Below are positions 24,701 to 36,700 of a stretch of DNA of 64,000 nucleotides, in pieces. Under the pieces are notes generated by a model. It had not been told where the DNA came from. It saw nothing but the letters and a program-made list of their open reading frames with translations, and did no database searches. The stretch spans positions 7,766,468 to 7,830,467 of the forward strand of contig CM082596.2 of NCBI GenBank assembly GCA_040954595.2, given 5' to 3'. Position numbers and translations under genes: made by a program. Origin of the DNA: Balanoglossus misakiensis (taxonomy: Eukaryota > Animalia > Hemichordata). The first letter of the stretch is position 1. Every line of letters starts with the position of its first letter.

Positions 24701-27700
24701 ACATGTGCATGTTTATGACTTATTTGACTGACATTCTATAGGCAACCCAGGTAAAATAGCTCCCCCATTAAACTTGGTATTGTTAACCCCAGGGTACTGC
24801 TCTTACAGGAACAAAACAATAACAACCCTAATGAAGCATTAGTCTTGTGACGAGAGACAACATTATATTTTGTTTCATAATATGCTATTCCCTGGATGAT
24901 TTAAATGCAATAAATGAATGCAACAAACAGTAACATATTTCACATTGTCAAAGGCATGTACATGTACGTGATGTAGTGTCCATACTTATATGTCTTATTA
25001 TTTGATACACGTCCATTTTATGAAGCACAATACGAACATCTGAGAAAAATAAAATCTTAATTTCAATACTGTGATGCTGCCACAAAAATTCTCGGTTTCC
25101 GTAAAAAACATAAATCTGTAATCACAAAAGAGGTACTGTCAATTGTGTCTGCTTTTCAATTGACCACAGCAATCAAAGTCTGGGTAGATTGGCCCACATA
25201 ACGTGCTACATACAAATGGGATTTAGTGAGATTGCGGTCTTACAAGCATGTCTGCTCGTGCCATGCAAGAAAGAAATTGTGTTTTCCAGATCATGATGTA
25301 CATTTTTTGGACTTGGCTGTATTTTTAACTACATGTCCAGTGAGATGAACATACATGCATGTTATACTACATGAGTATAAGATTCCATTGAATAATATTT
25401 GGTAAATTTGTAGATAATTCAATAATTGCGAAATTTATTGTTTCTGATGTTCTCTCAATATCTTATCAATACTTCATGCAGATAAAGTAAAATGGACTTG
25501 ATTTTTTTATCACATATTTTATTGTATGTATGACATGAAACTATCACTGTACAAATGCACACTCATGCAAACATCACATCAATTCTCGAATAATGCTACA
25601 TTGAAAAGTGATGAAAAAATATATGTTCGGAGAAGATGGAGAAACAAGAACTTGATATGTCTGTCCTTTACACGAATGTGGCTTAATGTGTGCTTGTATT
25701 GTTAGCTTCGTAATCTGTTGCCTTTTGTTGTATTTCTTCAAATGCATTTTGCGTTACAAACTGACAGGCTTCATGCAGGGAGTGCAATCAATGAACAGAC
25801 AGCTCTCTTACCGTAATCTGCTCAGGAGACAGTATTGAAATTCAATAAATGCACGTGGGATGTGTCATTTCTCCATTTGGGTTGTCGACTCGTCATTGAC
25901 GGTTTCCCCCCCTATGATGAAATGAACGCTCCCTGTGCTGAAACTCGAAACCCTCTGGGCTGTTCCTTTATGACCTATGTTCGCCGTCCGACGTCTTGCG
26001 ATTTATTGCCGGAGAAATTGCGTCAAGGACGAAGAAGTCGTCGGGGGGAGTGAGCGACTAAATGCTGTCTTGTATTTTTGAGTGACCTCACTCACGCTCT
26101 GTATTCTCCATTCATGTCTGCTTCTTCAGGTCCCGGCGGACGGGTGACGCCCGGCAACCTCCACGCGCCGTATCACCGGGAGCAACGCGCCCAGCACAGG
26201 CGACGAAAGGACCGGCCGTCGCATCGGGACAATGCGGACCGATTCAGATCGGGTAAGTCGACACCCGCCCTCCTTGTGGGGGTTATTTTTATTTATAAAC
26301 ACCTAAAGGGATGATAACCGTTTTTTCTTGGGCGTACATGATCTGTCTGACAAATCCACGTTTTGAAAACGGTGATAATGGTTCCCTTTGAGGTGATACG
26401 TGAGACTGCACTTTTACTGTCTTAAACAACCTCTGTACATGTACAGAGAGAATTATAAACAATGCAATAGCCTCTAGCAGAAAAACCAGGGTATTTAAAC
26501 AAGTACACTACAATGACGATGTCTATATCCACCCAGCCGTCAATTTTTTTCTCATAAAATGGACCGGTCCCCCACGCAATCACACACACCAAAAAGAATT
26601 TACAAATATTACTCTCAGGGGAGGTCGAGTCCATTGTTGGAGTGTTCTAATCCCTTTTTTTCTGGGGCACTATCTCAGATTCCTCAGAAACTTGTAAGGT
26701 CAGAGGTCAGCGTATAGGGAAAATGTAAGGATTTATTGGGGTGTGATCGGGTTACAGAAGATAACTTAGCATAGGTAATGATGCATAAAAACGGAGAAAA
26801 AAAACACTTGGGTCTTCCTGGTAGAAGCAGATGATTTTATAATCACTCAGAATAAAAGGTTTCAATGGGCTGCTCAAATTAAGGATAATTCCATTAATAG
26901 CAACAGAAGTGAGACCCATGGCTGTGTATACAGACAGACTATATTGGTGGCATGTCATCGTTTCTGTCGAGGAGAAGAATACCGATGATTCACTTGTTTG
27001 GGTGCAACATTTTTTCCCTCCTGTGAGGAACTGAAAGTGCAATAATCACTGGAATCTCATTAATCATATTAGGGGAAAGTGTTTTTAAGTCTTGCTTAAA
27101 ATTTATGTTTCATCGAAACTTGTACTTCCATTGCCATGATCTACATTGTATTTTTGCATATGTTTTCATTGAATGCAGAAATTGCAATTGCAAAGTTTGA
27201 GATGTGGTGACTGGTGAGATATGGTGGGACTAATGAATTAAAAAAAATCTGTTGTTCAATCAATTGGTAGTTATAGTTCAAGTAAAATGTGATATACTAA
27301 AATTAAAGTGAAATAGAAAATTCAGTGAAATTCATCGGACTATGAAATTTCGTGTCTGTAATAGGCCATGTGATTTTAGTTATAAAAATCTTTTCATGTA
27401 GCAGAATGTGTTTCACGTGTCATCTTTCCTCCTGAGCATTGTAGAGTGTCCAACCCACACAGACATGCCAAATATTGCTTTCTGCCTACGCACGCTTGTC
27501 TTCTCGGTTTTCCAAGATGTGTCCACATCACACACTCTCCATTGGACATGACGTGCAGGCGACCACTGAGGCAGGAAATTGAATAAACACATCTTGGAAA
27601 CAAGACACTTCCTAACATCGAATTCTTACACGCCAATGTCATCGCCCGGGCTATGGCAACCAACGTCGTCCAATACTCAGGCACATAGAGTGTGCGTGTC

Positions 27701-30700
27701 GTTCTTGTAGAATGTGCGAGAGACTCTATGTGTACTATGTTGAAGACTGACAAGTGTCACCATTTTCTCATCAGATGACCTTGATAATCTTTCCTTCCTA
27801 ATTTTTGCCAATATTTCTCATCATCAAGCAGCTCGCACATGCGGTTTGTTTGGTTTGATGTTGCAGTTTAGGCTGGCATCTTTTAATTAAAGGTATATGG
27901 TCACCTAAGGAAAATTAGCTATAGTTACGGTTTTACCATAGCAAAATGAGATCTGGCCAATCACAGATTTTCAGTGGGTGGCACACGCGAAAAAAAAGAG
28001 CGCCACCATATGTTCTTTAGAACCTTCAAATACGCCATTTCAGCCATATATGGGCGTATGTAAATTGGAGGTGACGGTATACCTTTAAGTACTAGTAGCC
28101 AGAATGTCAGGCATACCGTGAAAGAAAAAGGAAATTGTGTCAGCATCTCTTTACTAACAGCCACATCCTTCCCTCGCACCACTTCCCACCCTAATAGAAG
28201 CCCATTTATCGACTGGAAAAGGAAACCGGGAACTGCAGCTGATGGCTTTTACACGGCACATTTGGCGTTTGGCAGGCGCTCAGATAACAAGCTGAAAATG
28301 GCACCGATTCCTTCCACAGGAAAGAAACTGTTCCACATCTGCCGATTGTATTTGATTTACGGGGGTAATTCTCATGGTTCGTTTGCCTTTAAGGTCAAAA
28401 TACAAACAGCAGATATTGATGTCTGTTGTGGCTTTCCTTTATCTTTAAAATGTCTTTAAATCTTCATCTAAACACTGTAGGAGACTGGGCAAAAGATTAT
28501 TTCTAGAGACATGCTATGATTGCTGACCTTTGTTTGACCTTAGCCTGTATCCCATAATTTTGACAAGTCCCGTGAGCTCCCAATGGATATTTATAGCTGG
28601 GGAGATGTAGTCCTCGCCTATATATAACCAGAGACAATTTTGAGACAGACAAATATAGTACATGTACGTTTTGTAGTAATATTTCCATTTCTACAAAATG
28701 TACATGTACGTGTATGTAAAAAATATAATCATTTTGGCCAGTGACCCACTGTTTAAGTATCATCATCTGCTTTGCACTGATAGAATAATTTTACAAGATT
28801 TTTAGTAAACAAATAATATGCAAAATTTCACCCTGTACTACAAATCTAGAGACATCAGAATTTTTAAGTACATTTGTATGTGAGTGAACTTGTGTGTGCG
28901 TGCATACATGTATGTACCCTTATCGCCATAAACATGCTTAAGGCTATGATATCATATGCACATGTACAATGTACATATAAACGCAGATACAGACAGACAA
29001 TCACATAGACACTGACAGACAAACAGTGTAGACAGACAGACAGAGATGAAAATCACACAATTGAACGTGACCCACTCAATACCCCTGACCCAGGATTTTG
29101 CAAACCACATGTACTGATTGATAACAATTGTGAAAATGGTATCATCAACCCTATACAATGTTTTGACTGACACGGATTTGTGTGTGAGTCAATTCAAATG
29201 CTTGCATGTCTGATTCTTTCTCAAACATAACAAAGTTAAAAGGTTACCCCATAACGCTACAGGCGGCATTGCGCATGAAATATTTACATAATATAATCTT
29301 GGCATTTTGCCTGGGTACACTCTGAGTGAATCGTCTTCTGTTTCTAGAGTTCATCAGGTCGGGAATATTTAATGGCTTGATTTGTTTGCTTGCTTTAAAA
29401 TTAACAATGACATCATTGACATACTTTCTATCTTGTACACATGCAGTTTGATAGGGCAGCGAGGGATTCAATTTTGTGATATTATGCAAACACCCCCGTT
29501 TAATCAATTTCTGGTATTAGTAATTATAGTAACTTTGCTCAAAATGTACATGCATTTTACATTATAAGGGTGTTACCAATGTAATGCATATTGGTTCAAA
29601 CACTCTACTGAAAACGATAGTGTCTGATACGGTCGGACGGACGACTGTTAGTGACAGGGTTAAATTACCTGAAAGAAAATAAAGTGATGAATTATGCATG
29701 CATGAATTGCTGGTTTGTAAGTCTAGTATTTGTGTACCATCTGGATATATCTTGGGCCAGCATCGCAGATTGGCAGTTTCCTTGAATCAGATTTATACGA
29801 TACAGCTAACAGTTTGATCAAACTCTAGGCGTTGGAAATTCGCTCCATTGCAGTGTCAGCCAACAATGTATAGAGTTTCATCATCAATCAAAACAGTCCA
29901 CCCAGATAAAGAACGATAAATTTTTTACATCATGTGCAACAAATAGCCTGTGCCAATTTCCTGATAGTCTGCAGTTTTGCTTGGACTGTCTGCTGTACGT
30001 AGTACTGAGTTTTCATTGTCGACTGATGATGATCGTTATTGCCAAGGTTACTGGTATTATCTGCTGGTATGTAAATGTACAGTCATAATAATGTGACTTC
30101 ATTTTATTTGATAGGTGTCATCATGGGTTAATTTATAATTGTTTGTGTTCCAAAGGGGACTGCTACATGTATCAGAAATGTATGAAATAGCGTTCTTTGT
30201 AGTAAGGGAGTCCTGTCACAGTTTTGCTAAAGGATGTACGACTTATAAAGTTGAAATTACATGAGTACTGACACTTCTGTGAATAGCAGATTTTTGAATT
30301 CTTCTTCGTATAAAGTGTTATCAAGATTCATGGGTGACAGTGGTAGCAGTATGCCCTCTAAGCTCATTTGACACGCCACTGACTCAACAAACTCACTGGT
30401 GACTCAAGAAAATTATCCACAATACATTGCAAAGGTATAGGGTTGACTCAGAGAAAATTTTGGAAATCCTCAAATTGACTCAAAGCTTTTAAAAATTATG
30501 TTTCTTAGACGGCTCACTGGTAGTAGCCTCTTTTCTCCAACATGATTTTGATTCCAACTTTTGTGTCTGTTTCAGATGTACGAGAGGAAGCGGTGAGAGA
30601 GGCTCTGGCCAGACAGAAACAGATGCAGCATGCGGTACCCATGCCTTCAAAGAGAACCTCACTAATGGCAAACAGCACAGTCATGGCCACACCGCCAGGT

Positions 30701-33700
30701 CTGTGAACTTTGAACATTTATGATCCCTTCTACACTGGCCTATGTATCTTGAGTTCAAACATATCTCTAAATTGGCATTTAGCTCGTCTCACACGCATGT
30801 TCCAGCTGTAGCCGCTGGTTACAGATGTTTAGTGAACAGTCAATCCCATAAGGCAGTGCTCTGTCCTAACAACAGAGAAGATGGCGGCGACCATAATCTG
30901 TGTCGGAGATCGTGAAAAGACACCAGCTTGGGTGAAAAGGAGGGACAAACCAGAATCTACTTATACTTATATGAAATATGGAAGGAAGCGAAGTCCACTA
31001 TTTGAATGCATCGAACGGAAAATTTGCTGGGAAGTTACGCGCATGCGCGTGAGACGAGCTACGTGCTTTAACAACTCTCATAATCCAGATTCGTCAGGTT
31101 ATCCTCTCTTGAGTCTTGTACATTTTCTGTTTTTTGAGGATTTTTCTACCATGTATCAACTGTGGTGTCTTGTTCTACTTTGGATAGCTTTTATAAATGT
31201 TTGGTTTTTAGCCTCATAACAAAGCTTGTAAGACTTGAATTCGATTTTCAACAATAACAATGCTGATTACTACAAGAGGGCCGAGTTGAAAACCCAAATA
31301 CTGAGCAATTAATTATGTCTCACAGAGTAGAACAAGGAAAACAGAGATGATACACAAAATAATAATGCAGAGAAAATAGCCTAAAGTTTGAGTTACTGGG
31401 GCTTTATAGGTATACGGTCACCATTGAAAATAAGCTATAGTTACCATGGCAAAATGAGATCTAGCCAATCACTGATTTTCAGTGGGTGGCACACGCGAAA
31501 AAAAGAGCGCCACCATATGTTCTTTAGAACGCCCAAATACGCCATTTCATCCATATATGGGCGTATGTAAATTGGAGGTGACTGTATACCTTTAACATCA
31601 CTCACACTTTTCCCTTAACAGAGACATCTTCAGATGAGGACGACAGCCAATCCAGCGGCCACCCAGCCGGTGGCTCCCAGCCCTTCCTGGAATATTCCCC
31701 TTCCCTTGCCAGTAACCAGAGCAGTTCGTCCAGTTCCAGCCTTGGAGGAATTGCCTCGGCCGGGCCCTCGCCCAGCCACGCTCCCCGACACCAATCGCCC
31801 AAGGACAGTCGGAGACCCCATCCCAATGGTGCCCCAACCGGGGTTTACGTCCTGCCTCCCAGAACGACCACCAATAATCTCACAGAGGTGTCCAATTCGT
31901 CTCCCGCCCCCAGCCCCAGTCGTAAGTAATAACCCACCTGTACATCTGTTGATAAAATTATTCAAACTTCTGTCGAATTAGTAATTTGTACCGTCTTATT
32001 ATACGTCTGTGGTACAGATTTTCTAAGTTAAAGGCCTGTATTTATAGCTGTTTATTAATAAACAAAAGGGAGACCAAGGGTCAGCTGAGCATAATACGGT
32101 ATATGCCCCTTTAAACATTGAGGATTAAAAGTCCTTGTTTGTAAGATGATTCATATAGTTTGAGGAAGTCATAAAAATCCTGAAAAGTGACGTTTGCATG
32201 TACTTCCAGAAAGTCGACAATGATTTAGTTGCTTGTAAAGTAGGACTTGTGTGGTGTAAATGGCCGCCCTTACTATCATATTGAAAATATTTAACAACAG
32301 TAATGATACACATAACTACCTACAAAAATGGTATCCAAACACCAGCTATATTCAGCGTCCAGTAATTTGGTTCGCTGCTTACCCAGCTAGTAGTGGGCCT
32401 CTACAAGTTCACACCATGAGAAAAATATGGCTATGCTTTTGACAGGGTATTTTTACCACCAGCTGTATCCAGCAATTTGTTCTCTAGTAGTGGGCCTCCA
32501 GGCCAGTTCATACAGTGAGAAATACTGTAAAACAGGTTATTTTCGCGTGCAATAAATTTCACATAAAACATTCATCGGAGATAATGATGCAGTTGGTGAA
32601 ATAAAAGAACGTGAAAATTAATCCTCGCTTAACAGTTGCCACTTATGAAATCGTGAAAATTTCCTCTCGCGAAAATAACCCGTTTTACGGTATACTGATA
32701 CTCTTTTGTTTTGACAGGGCAACTTCCAGAACCTCAGCACCCACCGCCGGACGTGACAACCAACACAGGTGGACGTGCCAATGAAAGATCACAGCCACAT
32801 GCCTCTAGTGTACGCAACAGAATGCCAATGGATGACGAACAAGGGGATGCACGTAAGTTGACAAAGAGAGAATATTATGTCTTCATAGTCAGCAATAAGA
32901 GTTGAAAAAATACTGTATAACGGGTTATTTTCTCGACAGGAAATTTTTGCGATATCGAAAGAGGCAACTGTTATGTGAGGATAGCACTAACTGCATCGTT
33001 ATCTCCGAAAAACATTTTATTCGATTTTTTATTTTCACGTTTTTTGGGGCTCTCACGTATTTTCATGAAAATAACTCCTTTTACAGTATTGTCACAGTCA
33101 CTGTGACTATTGTGTAGAGATTTTTTGCACCTGTGAACAAACTTTTTTACCTGACGTTTCAGGTTCATCTGATAACAGTCTGCACAATTTCCGAACCTCC
33201 CACCATAAAATTAAACGTGAAATAGCTGACATTTGTATTTTGTATTATTTGTTTGTTTCAGCTGCAACAAACAGCAAAGTGTCTGCCAAGATTCAGCAAT
33301 TATTAAATACTTTGAAGAGGCCCAAGAGGAAACCCCTCAAAGAATTCTTCGTTGACGAAGATGAAGAACTTGAAAGTAAGTACTCCAAGGTGTTCAGAAA
33401 ATAATTACCACAAAGGTGCCCACTTTTGACATTTTAGTTTGTTTTGACAGTATACATTGTATCTGTGTTGTTTGCTCACTAGTAAAACATGCACAGTGAC
33501 CGGTTGTTACTTTTGCACCGTTGTTTGTATTGACCAATATTGCTCTTTTTGATTTGCATTTTCAGTCAAAGCCAATCAGATAGATCCTAACGCCCCCAAA
33601 CCGGAGGGTAACACAATAACACCAGCTGTCGGGGAACAGTTGTCTGTAAGTATAGTTGAGAGTATTTGGTTCCTTGGTTAGTTGTCTCTTGCATGAGTAA

Positions 33701-36700
33701 CAGTGTTGGAATGTCACATGTCAAAATTTTACATTATGATGCAATTGTAACTGGGTGACTTTTTTGTGACACTGTCAGTTATGGGCAATTGAGCAGTGGG
33801 AGTATTCTACTCAAAAATGGAGAACGTACAGTTGAACCTGTCTATAGTGGCCAGTCAAGGGACTTTCCTAAACTGGCCTTTATAGACAGGTGGTCTTTAT
33901 AGAGAGGTCAATTAATGCATATGTAAGTTGCACAGGGACTGTAACATAGGGGCCACTATATAGAGGTTTGACTTCATTGTCATACATGTATAAGTACATG
34001 TACACTGTTAGTGACACACCATATGGCTTTAACCCTCTCACCCCCAGTTCCCTCTTCAGAGGTCCAACCTCACCATAGGAAACAATGGATTTGGACTGAA
34101 CCATGGTGGTGAAAGGGTTAAAGCTGTCCCACCCAGTCCCTGGTTCTGGTTCGAGTGGATGCATGAATTACTCGTGAACTGTTTGTCAGAAATTTCTTCT
34201 CTGTTAATGATTAACTCTGATAACTCCTGATTGGTTAATTTCAGATACCATCTGGTCTACCCAGGAATCTAGAGGCATCTGTTCAGAGGTATGGCTCTGC
34301 CACATACAAAGCCCCTGCAGTCACCTCACTGGATGGCAATGGAAAACCAACATTTACATTAACTTATGGTAAGTCTAAGATGGATGAAGAAAGAGAAGTG
34401 AATTTCAGTGTTGGCAAACGAATGCCTACATATACATACAAGCAGTGTACGAAATAAAGCCTGTCCGACAGTCCGAGACTGGTTGTTTTTCTGTAGGACT
34501 GGTAAAAATAAAATGTTACCAGTCCGACAGACAGGTTGAATTTAGCGTGGGAGTTGACCAGAGGTATCATGGTATCTTTTAGACTTTCCCCAGTTCATGT
34601 ATTGCAAATAAAAGAAAATATGATGTAAAAGTTTGAAAATTATCAAATCAAAGTAATGTAAAGAGAAAGATGATTCCATCCCATCTTCAATTGTTCACAG
34701 ATAAGGTAATAGCTTCTCAGTTGTATTTGATTACATTTAATTGTAAGGCATAATATCAGGACTGGTAAGTTTTTGGCAGGGCTGGCAAGTTTTTGAAGTT
34801 GCCAGTCCTGGTGACTGGTTGATATTTCCTATGAATTTCGAACACTGATACAAGTATATATTTTCTAACGGATGTCCACAGGTACGATCTTGTTTGCCCA
34901 TATTTTCGTTTTCTTTTACTTGATGTGTGTTTGTGTGTGTGTGTGCTTGTGTGTACCATGTACATGTATATGTTAGTGAATGTATGTAAAAAAAATTGTG
35001 CATGTGTATGTATAGCTGGGTGGATTGATGCATGTATGAATGAATGAATGAATGAACGAATGAATGACTAGGTGGATAGGTGATTACATTTGTCTGCAAC
35101 TCTCTGTACGATGCATCTCTGAGTACCTCCACAGGTACTACATGTATAAGAGCGCCCTCTAACAGTGTCCCACTCCCATTTCTGCACACACCCCATTCAT
35201 GTGCCTCCACCACTACTGCACAGCTTTCTCGAAACCAGCAGAGCTGCCGTCACTGACTCTTGTCTGGTTGTTTCCCTTGACAGGCAAATTACTCAGTCGA
35301 ACTCAGAAGATAGCATACTCATTACTGAACAGGATAGGCAACAAAGGTGAAGCCAGTCTCAAGCCGGGAGATAGGGTGAGTAGATAAACCTCCATCAATT
35401 TTGTATCTAGTCCATGTTTTTTATCAAAACTGATGTTTGTATCATGTGTGTATGATGGTAAATATGCCACCTTTTCTGAATAAAATTTACACATACAGTA
35501 TATGTATGATACCTTGCTATCATTATGGAAGGTATGACTGTTATAAAGCAGTATAATTTAAATCAACTGATATCCTAATACATATACATGTATATAATGA
35601 GCATACTCCTGGATCATGTATGTGTATGTACAGTCTTGCTTTTTATGTGTGAAAATTGTTGATGCATTGAAACAATTAAGCAGCTTATAATGTTATCACT
35701 GTTTTTGTACAGGTTGCCCTTGTGTTCCCAAATTCGGATCCAATCGGTTTCATCTGTGCATTTTATGGCTGTCTGACAGCTGGGGTTGTGCCGGTACCCA
35801 TTGAAGTGCCCGCTTCAAGAAAGGTAAGGTTGGAGATGAGATGGGAGTGCCTGGGTTGTGATTGGTTGACATGCCGTGAGAAAATTATGGATTTTGTGAG
35901 TTGTATGAGGAATAAGTTGGGAGTGCATGGGTTGTGGTAGGCTGACTTGCCATGGATGGATGGATGGGTGGATGAATGAATGAATGAATGAAAGGATGAA
36001 AAAAAGAATGGATGAATGAATGAAAGGGTGGATGGATGGATAAATTAATGAATGAATGAATGAATGAATGGATGGATACGTTGATAGATATGTACATTTA
36101 TTTGTATCTTTGTGTATGTCTGAGTACCTCCAGATGGGGGATTATGTTAGTTGCATGTTTGATGCAATGGAACTTGCCATAGTAAAATATATGTAACAAC
36201 ATACTATTTTGGCTTGCAGGATGCTGGTAGCCAACAGATTGGATTTTTACTTGGCAATTGCTCTGTGACAGTAGCCCTCACCAGTGAAGCCTGTCTGAAA
36301 ACGCTGGCCAAGACACAGACGGGTGAAGTGATCACCTTCAAAGGTAAAAGAAGAAAATGCAATTGCAATTTTCACCTAATTTCTTCTTTTTTCAAGGATA
36401 AAATGATGCGTTTTTGTCACACTAAAAGCGATAAAAAACCAGGACATGTAGCTGCACACTTTGATGACTCTATTTCAAATTTTTCAACTTTCTGGGTCAG
36501 TGGTGTGCTATTTTGGACTCAGTAAATATGCTACTGACACTATATACAATTTTGAACAAGTTTCTCTGTTTCTGGCACTTGGCATTCAAATCGTTTCTTT
36601 TGTCAACAGGATGGCCCAGATTAACATGGTTCATAACAGAACATCTGACCAAACCTCCCAAGGACTGGCAACCCCCGCCGAGACTATCGGAAGAAACTCC

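Noticed and set aside
30881-31219. ORF MAATIICVGDREKT, repeated at 39009-39194
   Set aside because: Arises from two copies of MITE family D; the frames diverge and there are no transposase motifs.
31598-31981. Overlapping ORFs of 74-115 aa including a Pro-rich one
   Set aside because: Alternative and antisense frames of GC-rich DIP2 exon 5; the true frame is ETSSDEDDSQ, fixed by splice phases.
32330-32525. Imperfect direct repeat around CTAGTAGTGGGCCTC
   Set aside because: Two decayed units only; ordinary local duplication.
34406-34847. Possible hAT-like element with CAGTGTT ends and GACTGG internal repeats
   Set aside because: TIR match is short, no TSD and no second copy in the window.
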